DNA of 20,000 bases, taken from assembly GCF_004010195.1 (NCBI RefSeq), contig NC_057751.1, positions 1,643,379 to 1,663,378 of the forward strand. The letters are read 5' to 3'. The DNA is from Chiloscyllium plagiosum. Lineage: Eukaryota. The translations under genes were made by a program, and so were the position numbers. Below the pieces are notes generated by a model, which was not told the origin of the DNA, did not search any database, and worked only from the letters and a program-made list of their open reading frames with translations. How positions within the stretch are numbered: the first letter of the stretch is position 1; the number at the start of each line of letters is the position of its first letter. Below are positions 9,112 to 19,499 of this stretch, one piece after another.

Positions 9112-9530
9112 GTACGGTAACTGCTTCACCTAAGAAAGGGCAGAGAGTTTTGAACACAGCCCAGACCATCAGGCAAGCCAACTTTCCATCCTCGGAAAGG
9201 CAGCCAATATCATCAAGGACCCCTTCTATTCCCAGTTATCATCTCTTCCAACCTCTTCTGTCAGACAGAAGATACAACAGCTTAAACACACATACCGACA
9301 GATTCAAGAGCAGCTTCTTCCCCGTTGTTATTAGAATGGACCTCTCAAACTCTCAATTTAATGTTGATCTTGTTGTTTGCACACCTTCTCCCCAGCCGTC
9401 ACATTGTATTCTTGGCTCTGTTCTATTACTCTCATACACTTTGAATGGTATAATAAGGTGTGCCTGTACTGCACACAAAAGAAAACTTTTCACTGAATCA
9501 AGGTGCATATGCGAACAATAAATCAAATCT
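9112..9530 (+). mobile_element. Rex1/Babar-like LINE 3' end
   Basis: PSYHLFQPLLSDRRYNSLNTHTDRFKSSFFPVVIR resembles the Rex1 C-terminal motif; AATAAATCAAATC tail. Confidence 0.7.
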
Positions 9531-9534
9531 AGTC

Positions 9535-9990
9535 ATGCCTAGGTGCTCCTCACTGCAACCCAGCTCCACAGACTGGGATGTGTTCCTCATGTGCCTTACA
9601 CCAGACTTACTGCTCCATCTGGAAAACCGCCATGGCAAGAGATTCCCAAGGTGACAGAGAAAACACCTCAGGAATGTCCTAAAGCCTTCCTGAACAGGCC
9701 ATCATCTCCTCTGCCTCGTGTGGGAGTCTCTGGCTTCTGCCCATTGAAGAGTTGGCAGAAGATTCATTCGATGGCACATCGGGAAACCGTGTCAGGAGCA
9801 CGGAAAGCTGAAGCCAAACCATCAGATCGAGTGCCCAAACCCCACAACAATTCACATCCCAGACACTCGGAGCACCAACAGACTCCCGAAGTGTCAAAAT
9901 CTGCAGGTCATACACAATGCACTGATCATCTGCTTCCTCAGAACTTAGTGCACAGAGTGGAAGTGGGTCATCCTGAATCCTGAAAAGAAG
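9535..9990 (+). mobile_element. Decayed RTE-clade LINE C-terminal fragment
   Basis: LLTATQLHRLGCVPHVPYTRL resembles the RTE QLRWxGHVxRMPxxRLP motif; downstream HGKRFP and SWESLAS remnants are frameshifted. Confidence 0.55.
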
Positions 9991-10080
9991 ATTCCTTTCC
10001 AATGGAATTTTAACAGTGGAAGCGGATGGGTTAATGATGTAAGATGTCAGCCTGAGCTGAATGCAGTGTTGTCTGAGCTC

Positions 10081-10777
10081 TGAGGAAAGAGACCTTGGAG
10101 TGTAGGTTCAGAGCTCCTTGAAAGTGGAGTCGCAGGTAGATAGGATAGTGAAGAAGGCGTTTGGTATGGTTCCTTTATTGGTCAGAGTATTGAGTACAGG
10201 AGTTGGGAGGTCATGTTGCAGCTGTACAGGACATTGGTTCAGCCACTTTTGGAAATACTGCGTGCAATTCTGGTCTCCTTCCTATCGGAAAGATGTTGTG
10301 AAACTTGAAAGGGTTCAGAAAAGATTTACAAGGATATTGCCAGGGTTGGAGGATTTGAGCTACAGGGAGAGGCTGAACAGGCTGGGGCTGTTTTCCCTGG
10401 AGCGTCAGAGGCTGAGGAGTGACCTTATAGAGGTTTACAAAATTATGAGGGGCATGGATAGGAGAAATAGACAAAGTCTTTTCCCTGGGGTGGGGGAGTC
10501 CAGAACGAGAGGGCGTAGGTTTGAGGTGATAGAGGAAAGATATAAAAGAGACCTAAGGGGCACTTTTTTCACACAGAGGGTGGTGAATGTATGGAATGAG
10601 CTGCCAGAGGAAGTGGTGGAGCCTGGTACAATTACAACATTTAAAAGGCATTTGGAAGGGTTTGGAGGGATATGGGCCAGATGCTGGCAAATGGGACTAG
10701 ATTGGGTTGGGATATCTGGTCGGCATGGACGAGTTGGACCAAGGGGTCTGTTTCCACACTGTACACCTCTATGATTC
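10081..10777 (+). mobile_element. 5'-truncated CR1/HER1-type LINE
   Basis: ORF 10118-10774 contains YCVQFWSP...LERVQKRFTR...WNELPEEVV, followed by a CTCTATGATTCT tail. Confidence 0.93.
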
Positions 10778-10789
10778 TTGGGAGATCAC

Positions 10790-11660
10790 CATTCAGTGGG
10801 AACACTCACAATGCTACCCAAAGGGAGGACAGCACTGTCACAGCTGCTGTCTTTCAGAACAGGAAGTTAACCAAAGGCACCCTCAGGTCAATGGAAAGGA
10901 TATGTTTTGCTGCTATATTAAAGAAATATTTATCAGTCAACTAATATGTCTAAAGCTGGCAATCTGGTCAGAGAGTCATAGAGATGTACAGCACAGAAAC
11001 AGACCCTTCGGTCCAACCCTTCCATGCTGACCAGATATCCCAACCCAATCTAGTCCCACCTGCGAGCACCCGGCCCATATCCCTCCAAACCCTTCCTATT
11101 CATATACCTATCCAAATGCCTTTTAAATGTTGCAATTGTACCAGCCTCCACCACTTCCTCTGGCAGCTTATTCCATACACACACCACCATCTGGGTAAAA
11201 TAGTTGTCCCTTAGGTCCCTGTTAAATCTTTTCCCTCTCACTTTAAATCTATGTCCTCTAGTTCTGGTCTCCCCCCACTCTAGGGAAAACACCTTGTCTA
11301 TTCACCATATCCATGCCCTTCATGATTTTATAAATCTCTATAAGGTCACCCCACAGCCTCCGATGCTCCAGGGAAAACAGCCCCAGCCTGTTCAGCCTTT
11401 CCCTGTAGCTCAGATCCTTCAACCCTGGCAACATCCTTGTAAATCTTTTCTGAACCCTTTCAAGTTTCACAACACCTTTCCGATGGGAAGGAGACCAGAA
11501 TTGCACGCAGTATTTCCAAAGTGGCCTAACCAATGTCCTGTACAGCCGCAACAACACCTCCAAACTCCTGTACTCACGTTGCTGTTTGTTTGTGGGAGCT
11601 TGCTGTGTACAAGTTGTTTCCTGTGGTCCACCTTGAACAGTGATGACACTGCAAACCAGG
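10790..11660 (+). mobile_element. Ancient SacSINE1/Deu-domain SINE remnant split by the CR1 at 10971-11575
   Basis: The left part ends AATATTTATC..TCAAC..ATCTGGTCA (10970). The right part resumes CACGTTGCTGTTTG..TGTGGGAGCTTGCTGTG (~11575), contiguous in the Deu-SINE consensus as recalled. Confidence 0.6.
10971..11575 (-). mobile_element. 5'-truncated CR1/HER1-type LINE, inverted relative to 10081-10777
   Basis: Minus-strand ORFs contain LYRTLVRPLWKYCVQFWSP and WNKLPEEVVEAGTIATFKRHLD. Confidence 0.93.
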
Positions 11661-12049
11661 ACCAGCCTATCTTCAAAAAGCCACCCTGAGGTCCTGATTG
11701 GTGTAATTACAGAACCTGCCCTCTGGGTGGCAGTGTAAGGCAGGTTGTGAAACACTAAAGTCGAGGAGCTCAGATGGGCAGGAGATTTCATCGAGTTGTC
11801 CTTGCTTGGTCAAGAAAAATACGTTTCTTGAATAAATAGTCTAAACTGCAATTCCAGTGCTTTTGTCTGAAAACACTGCGTAGTGGATCTCCTGTGGTGT
11901 TGCTCACAGAGGTACAGGAAAGCCCTGAAGCCGATATTCTAATGTCAGTTTGCTCAATGATTGAACAAAGATGAAGAAGAAACATTGCTTCGCCCAGAGT
12001 CCCCAGTTTTATAAATAAATCAATCTCTGCACTTACTGTGTTTCAGGCA

Positions 12050-12440
12050 GACGTCATCCATTCAGCCCCTCGAGACTGCTTTCCTATTGGCTGAAACCAT
12101 GGCTGATTTTCTGTCTTACCACCTCCCTACTAAATCCCCATATTTGCAATTCCATTACAGACTAAAAGTATTATCTTCACGAAACAGAATGAGTGAGCAT
12201 CCATCGGTCTCCACTGGAGAATGCCAGAGACTCAGAGCCCACAGTTTCTCCTCATCTCTGTTCAAAATGATCAGGCACTAATCTGGAGTCCGTGTCCCTA
12301 TGTACTGGCCCCTGCAGCCAGTGAGAAGCAATATCTCAGTGGTGACCCCGTCAAACCCTCTGAGTCTAGTCAATATTTCTAAGGGATCATCTGTCATGAA
12401 TCTAAACCCCAGGGTGTATTGCCCTGTTGTGGTTTGTTCA
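12050..12440 (-). mobile_element. Old CR1-like 3' fragment
   Basis: CCATTCAGCCCCTCGAG tail shared with 2780-2796; the downstream sequence is decayed. Confidence 0.5.
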
Positions 12441-12606
12441 GCCTCACAGCAAGTGTGTAACTATTAAGGGACATGCTCACAAGATCATCGGTGTCCCACG
12501 GCATGGGACCTGAGGTAGTACAGGTCTCAGTCTCCAACTTGCAGCATGATACACCGAGAGAAGCATGCCACATTGCTCAGTATGAGCCCAGGAATGGCAG
12601 CGCCAG

Positions 12607-12816
12607 TGATTGGAGCAATGGTAGCCAGGTGCACCTCATAGAATCTGAGTTCCCCATTTGGGGCTGTTAACCTGTTTCAATCAGGGACTCCTGGCTGACA
12701 GATAAAAACAGGGGGTTCTGCTCAATCTGAGCTAGCTGAGTCCATGTCTTGTACGATACACGCGTAAATAAAGGGTGACTTAGCGACAGGTTACCAGCCT
12801 TCATGGAGTAATTTCA
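12607..12816 (+). mobile_element. Probable solo LTR
   Basis: TG...CA ends, CAAT-like (TCAATCAG), TATA-like (GATAAAAA) and AATAAA in LTR order. Resembles a shark LTR repeat (recall). No clean TSD, and the 5' boundary is uncertain. Confidence 0.55.
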
Positions 12817-13159
12817 CCCATGACTGGAATATATGTAGATTCCAGGGAATGGAATAAACATTGATTGAATCCCTTCGTATAACCTTACCCACATCTGTTT
12901 GTCATGTTACAGGAACTAAGAGAAGCATTGCCTTATCAGGTACAAACCCCCTTGTGAAGGCAAAATGCCTATCGTTACATCTGTGATAGATTTTGATGCT
13001 ATTTCAGATCAAGTTTGATTCAGCCTCTCCTCACCAGCCAACCTTATCATCCCAAGAGTCAATCTTGGGCCTCTGGCTGGAGTTGTTATACAGCACTAAC
13101 AATAATGTTGGTGTTTCAATCAGATATTTGTGTCAGGACTGGCAGAGTATTGCATCCTT

Positions 13160-13385
13160 TGTATTTGTCAGTGTGGAGTTTGCACATTCTCCCCGTGCCT
13201 GCATGGGGATCCTCCAGGTGCTCCACAGGAGTCAAACTTCAAAGATGCGCAGGTTAGGTGGATTGTCCATGGCAAATGCAGAATTACAGTGATACAGTAG
13301 GGGGGGTGGCTCTGGGTGAGAGGGTCTTCAGTTGGTTATTGTGGACTTGATGGACCGAATGGCCTGCTTCCACACTGTAGGGTAT
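13160..13385 (+). mobile_element. Diverged 5'-truncated HE1-type SINE
   Basis: GTGTGGAGTTTGCACATTCTCCCCGTG V-domain and GGCCTGCTTCCACACTGTAG tail match 3295-3508. Confidence 0.8.
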
Positions 13386-13514
13386 ATACGATCAATGATA
13401 ATTCTATTGTTGTACTGGCTATTAATGCCAACATGTTCCATGGTCCATTCTGGGCTATCACAGTCACAAGCAGATGGGTTCCCATTTCCCATCAACATCT
13501 AGTCGTTCTTCTCT

Positions 13515-15257
13515 CAGTATCTCAGGAATTAAAGAGTGACTCGAGTAAGATTAGGGCCAATCAAAGACAGTAGTGGAAAGTTGTGTGTGGAATCTGAGGA
13601 CAGAAGGGAAGTGCGTAATGAATACTTTTTGTCTGTATTCACATTGGAAAAGGGCAATGTTAGTGAGAATACAGCCATCCAGGCTACAAGATTAGATGGG
13701 ATTGAGGTTGACAAAGAGGGGTTTTTAGCAATTTTGGAAGACCTGAGAGTAGATAAGACGTCTGGGCAGGATGGGATTTATCCTTGGATTCTCTGGGAAG
13801 CCAGGGAGGAGATTGCCGAGACTTTGGCGTCGATCTTTATGTCATCATTGTCAACAGGAATAGTGCCAGAAGACTGGAGGATAGCAAATGTCAGTGTAGA
13901 GAAGGGGAGTCAAGACAATCCTGGTAATTGCAGGCCAGGGAGCCTTACTTCAGTTATGGTAAAGTATTGGAAAAGGTCAGAAGAGATTGGATTTAGAATC
14001 ATCTGGAAAGGAATAAGTTCATTCGGGATAGTCAACATGGCTTTGTGAAGGGTAGGTTGTGCCTCACTAACCTTATTGAGTTCTTCGAGAAGGTGACAAA
14101 ACAGGTGGATGAAGGTAAAGCGGTTGATGTGGTGTATGTGGACTTCAGTAAGGCTTTTGATAAGGTTCCACACGGTAGGCTATTGCACAAAATACGGAGT
14201 TTTGGGATTTAGTGGTTTGGATCAGAAATTGGCTGGCTGAAAGAAGATAGAGAGTAGTGGTTGATGGGAAATGTTCATCCTGAAGCTGTTACCAGTGGGA
14301 TACCACAAGGATCTGTTTTGGGGCCACTGCTGTTTGCCATTTTTATAAGTGATCTGGATGTGGGTGGAGAAGGATGGGTGAGTAAATTTGTGGATGACAC
14401 TGAGGTAGGCAGAGTTGTGGATAGTGCCTAAGGATGTTGTGGGTAACAGATGCAGGGCTGGGCTGAGAAGTGGCAAGTGGAGTTTAATGCGGAAAAGTGT
14501 GACGTAGTTCACTTTGGAAGAAAGAACAGTACTGGGCTAATGGTAAAATTCTTGGCAATGTAGATGAACAGAGAGATCTCAGTGTCCAGGTGCATAAATC
14601 CCTGAACGTTGCCATCCAGGTTGGTCGGGTTGTTAAGAAGGCATATGGTGTGTTGGCATTTATTGGTAGGGAGATTGAGGTTTGGAGCCACGAGGTCATG
14701 CTTCAGCTGTACAAGACACTGCTAAGGCCACACCTGAAGTATTGTGTATAGTTCTGGTCACCGCATTATAGGAAGGATGTGGAAGCTTTGGAAAAGGTTC
14801 AGAGGAGATTTACTAGGATGTTACCTGGTATGGAAGGAAGGTCTTATGATGAAAGGTTGAGGGAACTGATGCTGTTTTTGTTGGAGAGAAGAAGGTTGAG
14901 AGGCGACTTAATTGAGATGTATAAGATAATCAGAGGGTTAGGTAGGGTGGACAGTGAGAGCCTTTTTCCTCGGATGATGAAGGCTAACACGAGGGGATAT
15001 AGCTTTAAATTGACGGGCAACAGATGTAGGACAGATAGCGGGGTAGTTTCTTCACTCAGAGAGTTTTAGGGGCATGGAATGGCTTGGCTACAACAGTAGG
15101 AGACTCGCCGATGTTAAGGGCATTTAAATGGGCATTGGACATACATATGGATAATAATGGCACAGTGTAGTTAGATCAGATTAATTTCACAGGTCGGTGC
15201 AACATCGAGGGCTGAACGGCCTGTACTGCGCTGTAACATTCTATGTTCTGTGTTCTA
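13515..15257 (+). mobile_element. Long 5'-truncated CR1 LINE with disrupted ORF2 RT
   Basis: [45 protein letters not shown] and YCVxFWSP motifs with frameshifts and stops; (TTCTATG)n-like tail. Confidence 0.95.
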
Positions 15258-15267
15258 ACATGTTACC

Positions 15268-15935
15268 TCAACAAAAGCAGAAATTGTTGGGAAAACTCAG
15301 CAGGTCCGGGCACCATCTGCAGAGAGAAAACAGAATGAACATCTCAAGTCCAGTTTCCCTTCTTCAGAACCGATTGTAGCCAGGAAACAGTTAGTATATA
15401 TAGAGGGAGAGGGGAGAAGTAAATGATAGGTGGAGATGGAGCCCAGAGACAGAGACAGAGAGAGAGAGAAAGAGTGAACAGCAGTTCGGCAGACAAACGA
15501 ATGGGTACAGGTTAACCTGCGGGAATCAATGGCTGCTAATACTGCTCTTCAGTCAACATTGAGTTGGATCATTTTCGGGCCTGAATGCTTTCTTCCATAT
15601 TGCACAGACCAAGCCTTACCAACAGTTGTGATGCTGCCACAAACAACCCATTGTTGGCCTGTCATAGTCCCCATCAGGGGCAAATAATGCCCCCAGCCTG
15701 ACCTTTACCCAATCCTTTGTCTGCCCACTTGTTGTTCTCTTCCCTCGGCTCCTTCTCCACTTCTCTCTCTCTCTCACACACAAACTCTCCCTTTCCCTCA
15801 GTTCTGAAGCAGGGTCACTAGATCCGAATCGTTAACTCTGCTTTCTCTCCACAGATGCTCCTAGATCTGCTGAGGGTTCCCAACAGTTGCTATTTTTGTT
15901 TCTGATTTCCAGCATCTGCAATCCTTTGGTTTATT
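15268..15935. mobile_element. Inverted pair of Penelope-like ends with degenerate hammerhead motifs
   Basis: 15268-15370 (minus sense) mirrors 15801-15900 (plus sense: gttCTGAAGC-A-GGGTC-acta-GATCC-GAAT-C-GTT-aac). The interior (GA)n and (CT)n tracts are also mirrored. Confidence 0.7.
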
Positions 15936-16604
15936 CTGTTTATCCTGGTTTGTGTGGACAGGGTTTCAAGTTGCTGACACGTTTGCTGAAGGTAGGATCT
16001 TGGGCAGCAGATCTTTCATGTCTTGTCAGCCCCACCTGACTTTCAAATCTTCACCTGGGTAGAAGTCATATTGTTAAAAGTTCATCAACTGCTCCAGAAA
16101 ATGCTTGTGTTTCTGTAAGTCACATCAGGGGTATGTTTAGAGAGCCTGTTGGATGAAAGATTCTCACTGGACTTCCCAAAGTGTTGCAGCATAACTGTAT
16201 CTACTTGGGGAGGAATGTGTGGTCATTATGTTAAGGTTGACTTGAGACTCCCTGTGAAACACCCCATTGCAATGTTCAGGCAGACTTCAATGGGACTACT
16301 TCTGGTCCATAATGGTGCCCAGAGTGGATACTGATGTCTGAAGCTCTGCTAATGCTATCCACTTTGTAGACATACTCAGTTCCTCCATTCAGTTCCTTCT
16401 CAAGCTCGGTCTGACTGCGGGCACTCAACGTTTTGGGCCCTGACAACAGATCACAGAAAACAAGCTTTGTTTTGTTTCACCCATCACTGACTCCCGAAAA
16501 CTCACAACTGGGCACCTCAAAGACATGGAGCTTCTCTTTCAAAATCACTTGCACTTTAGATCACATCTTTCATGCCACAGGGGATGGCTGAAACAAATAG
16601 CTGG

Positions 16605-16819
16605 GACACAGTCCAAAGGTGTGTACATTAAGCTGAATTGGTCGTGCTAAATTGCCCATTGTGTTCAGGGATGGGTAGGCTAGGTGCATTCGTCCAGAGA
16701 AATGTAGAGTAATAGGATAGAGGAATGGGTCTGGGTGGGTTACTCTTCGGAGGGTTGGGGTGGACTTACTTGGCCGAAGAGCCTGTTTCCACACTGGAGG
16801 GAATCTATGATTCTATGAT
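16605..16819 (+). mobile_element. HE1-type SINE 3' half
   Basis: CACAGTCCAAAG..GCTAAATTGCCCAT..GCCTGTTTCCACACTG matches 3358-3508. Confidence 0.8.
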
Positions 16820-16897
16820 TTGCAAAGGAAATGAGATAAGTATGTGAGAATGAGAAGGAGGATAAAGATCAAGTGGCAGGACAGAGCTAAGGAATGG

Positions 16898-16978
16898 ATG
16901 CTGCCTGAACTGCTGTGCTCTTCCAGCACCACTAATCCAGAATCTGGTTTCCAGCATCTGCAGTCATTGTTTTTACCT
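16898..16978 (+). mobile_element. 81-bp Penelope-like terminal fragment with perfect 14-bp TSD
   Basis: GAGCTAAGGAATGG at 16884-16897 and 16979-16992 flanks ATGCTGCCTGAACTGCTGTGCTCTTCCAGCA...CCAGCATCTGCAG. Confidence 0.85.
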
Positions 16979-17389
16979 GAGCTAAGGAATGGTTGAGCAA
17001 GCAAGTACAACACCTTCACAGATGAGATGGACTGAATGGCAAGCAATTTCCATGTCCCACAGACATTTGCAACTTGTGCAATAATTTCAAACTGTTGTCA
17101 CTTTTCCATTCAGTTTGAGGTAATGTCGAAAGGAGAGATGTGAAGGATATTGAATTGAAAGGATCTGACTGGTAACAAGTAGAAGTTGCACATTACTGTG
17201 TGCTGCCAGATGGAGGCAGATCTTAACCTAGCTTGAAAAGTCCCAGTTAAAACCCAGCAATGTCCAGAGCACACATCTTGATCAGTAGATGTTGCTCCCA
17301 GCAACATCAACCTAACCGTCAAAGGAATGACAGAGACCATTCAGCCCAGCAGGTCAGTGTTAGTGTTCCAGCTGGAGGAGAAGCGAGTA

Positions 17390-17650
17390 TGCTGAACTAG
17401 GACTCCTGAGTCCCTTTGTGTTGGAGATTTCCAAAGCTTTTCTCATTTAGGAAAGAATCAAAGCCTTTGTTCTTCCTGTAAGAGTGTGTAACCTCATACT
17501 TTTCCACATTGTTTGACATCTGCCACTTCTTTTCCCACACCCCTGACCTGTCCAGATCCTTCTGTAACCTCCCTGCTTCCTCACCATGACCTGTCCCTCC
17601 ACCTGTCCTGGATGTTTCAGTTCCTTTCTCCCTCACCTGTTTATTCAGCT
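17390..17650 (-). mobile_element. Decayed CR1 RT fragment
   Basis: The minus-strand ORF contains LQKDLDRSGVWEKKWQMSNNVEKYEVTH. Confidence 0.75.
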
Positions 17651-18059
17651 TTCATTTCAACACACAAAAGCAAAAGACCACACATTCTGGGAGGTGGGAG
17701 TGAAAACACCAAGTGCTGGAAAAATTCAGCTGCTCAGGCAGTTTGTTTGGAGAGAGAAACCTGATGAAGCTGAGCAAAGTCAGAACTGTAATAAGTTCAA
17801 TGTAATTAAGAGAGGAACGAGAGAAAGCAACCAATGGGGAGGTTGGAGGGCAGGAGAGAGAACGCGACAAAGGTTAATTGTCATGCAAATTGTTCTCAAT
17901 CCACCAACAGTCTTCGTGTCAACCAGTCCCTGTGATAGTGAGTTCCACATTCTCCCCACTGTCTGGGTATGACAGTGCACAAGTTTCTCTTTGACTGTGT
18001 CGGAGAGTGTGCTTCACCTGCACTCATTGTGTCTCAGAGGTGCTACAAGTTTGGTTTTG

Positions 18060-18229
18060 GGACGTGTGTGAACTGGGAGCGAGGGGAGGGTGCTTTCTAT
18101 AACTCCCGCCTCCTGCGAGAGGCAGGCAGCTGACAGTACTCAGCACAGTGAAACCACAATCCCTGAGCTCAGACTCTCTGACATCTCTGAACTGATCACA
18201 GTCTGGTACAGAACAATGAACTTTACAAA
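18060..18229 (+). promoter_or_regulatory. Putative dok2 proximal promoter / 5' UTR
   Basis: Non-repetitive sequence immediately upstream of the Dok exon. Contains G-rich boxes, TATA-like CTATAA (~18096), E-box CAGCTG (18127-18132) and RUNX AACCACA (18152-18158). The TSS cannot be determined. Confidence 0.5.
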
Positions 18230-18289
18230 ATGGAAGAGGCCATAAAACAGGGAGTCCTTCACGTGCAACTGCAGCAGAAATTTGGCAAG
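18230..18289 (+). CDS. dok2: Docking protein (Dok1/2/3 family, most likely Dok-2), first coding exon, start of the PH domain
   Basis: CAAA-ATG GAA GAG GCC ATA AAA CAG GGA GTC CTT CAC GTG CAA CTG CAG CAG AAA TTT GGC AAG|GTAAAA translates to MEEAIKQGVLHVQLQQKFGK. This aligns with human DOK2 MGDGAVKQGFLYLQQQQTFGK. Phase-0 GT donor, strong Kozak, head-to-head with xpo7. Confidence 0.88.
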
Positions 18290-18739
18290 GTAAAAGACAC
18301 CTTTGAAAATGCTTTCTTGTATTTTTTTTGGGGGGGGCGGGCTGGTATTTGGGGTGTTGGGTGAAGTGGGGAGAGCGGGGGAGTCTGCTTTTATTTGGCA
18401 CTTGGAGAGAGCTGCCCTGAGTTATTAAACCCAGCTTCCTCGTTTAGCACCTGCAAGCTGCAACTCTCCCGGTCTAAACCTCTGTGGCTTCGGTTCATTG
18501 AAATGAGGCATATCAATTTGATTCAAGGACAGCAGTGCACGGCTCCTGACTTAAAAAAACAGGGAACTTGTCCTGCACAAGAATCTGTCGAGTCCCAACC
18601 TGTGATACAGTCACAAAAGGACTTCATCAATATTACACCAGAGGGAAAAACCGGTGCTCATTTACAAAGAGCAAGCTTCCAAAAATTACAACTTATTTGC
18701 TTACTCTTACTAATGCGGATTTTAACATCCATCATGCAA

Positions 18740-18920
18740 GGCAGACAAGGCCTCAGTTTCATTTCTAATCTCAAAGAAACCACTTCACCAGTGACCGTCC
18801 AACACTGCTGCACTCCCTCAGTCTTGCAGTGAGTGTTATGCCTGGTTCTGGTCTGAAGTCTCTGAAGAGGCATTTGTACCCTCAAGATGCTTTTCAAAAC
18901 TGCTACGTTCATGGCTACTA
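18740..18920 (-). mobile_element. Decayed SacSINE1/Deu-type SINE head in dok2 intron 1
   Basis: GCACTCCCTCAGTCTTGCAGTGAGTGT...AAGTCTCTGAAG resembles the reverse complement of the SacSINE1 5' part (recall). Confidence 0.45.
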
Positions 18921-19424
18921 CTTTCTCATCTTGATGTCAAAATATCTTGGCCTTGATGTGAAGAGCAGTGTGTAAGTGTATGTGAGACTGAAGTTTCCTG
19001 AGGATCTGTAACATGCCACACAAAGATCGTTGTACTCAATCTGTCTCTCTTGCCTGGTGAATGGAATGCTGTGGTGCCTTCTGCTGATTTTTGCGTTGGG
19101 ATTCACAAAAAACCAAGGACTTTAAAGTTAGTGCAGAACACCCACTCTGTCCAAATCTCCTGAATGGACAGGATGGTATGAAAAACACAGCACAGTGAAG
19201 ACGGATTTGTGTCATGGCTAATGTTGCAAATGTCAATGGAACTCATATCTGGTGAAACAAAATGATGGGATTTGCCACCTCCCAGCCTGAAAAGCAAGGT
19301 TCCAACTTTTCCACAGGTTGTGAAGCAGTAAGTTCAAAATCAGGCTTTTCCCCATTGCTTCACCCAAGGTGTCAAAGCTTTTCTCCAACCGCATCTGTCC
19401 TCAGCATTATTTTTCGGCTTTAAT

Positions 19425-19494
19425 ACACACACACACACACACGCTCTCAAATACACTCACACACATTCACAGATGCACACACACGTGCACACAC
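19425..19494 (+). repeat. Imperfect (CA)n microsatellite
   Basis: Read directly from the sequence. Confidence 0.85.
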
Positions 19495-19499
19495 TCTTT

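Noticed and set aside
10118..15069. Longest ORFs (218, 177, 170 aa) as host genes or an active reverse transcriptase
   Set aside because: They are frameshifted, 5'-truncated CR1 ORF2 fragments.
489..18230. Both genes have a uATG exactly 14 nt upstream of the start codon
   Set aside because: True in the sequence (503 vs 489; 18216 vs 18230), but there is no plausible shared mechanism, so it is treated as coincidence.
18395..18832. 145-aa ORF downstream of dok2 exon 1 as exon 2
   Set aside because: It lacks the expected KWxxxxxxLY PH-domain continuation and runs into a SINE remnant; no dok2 exon 2 was found in the window.
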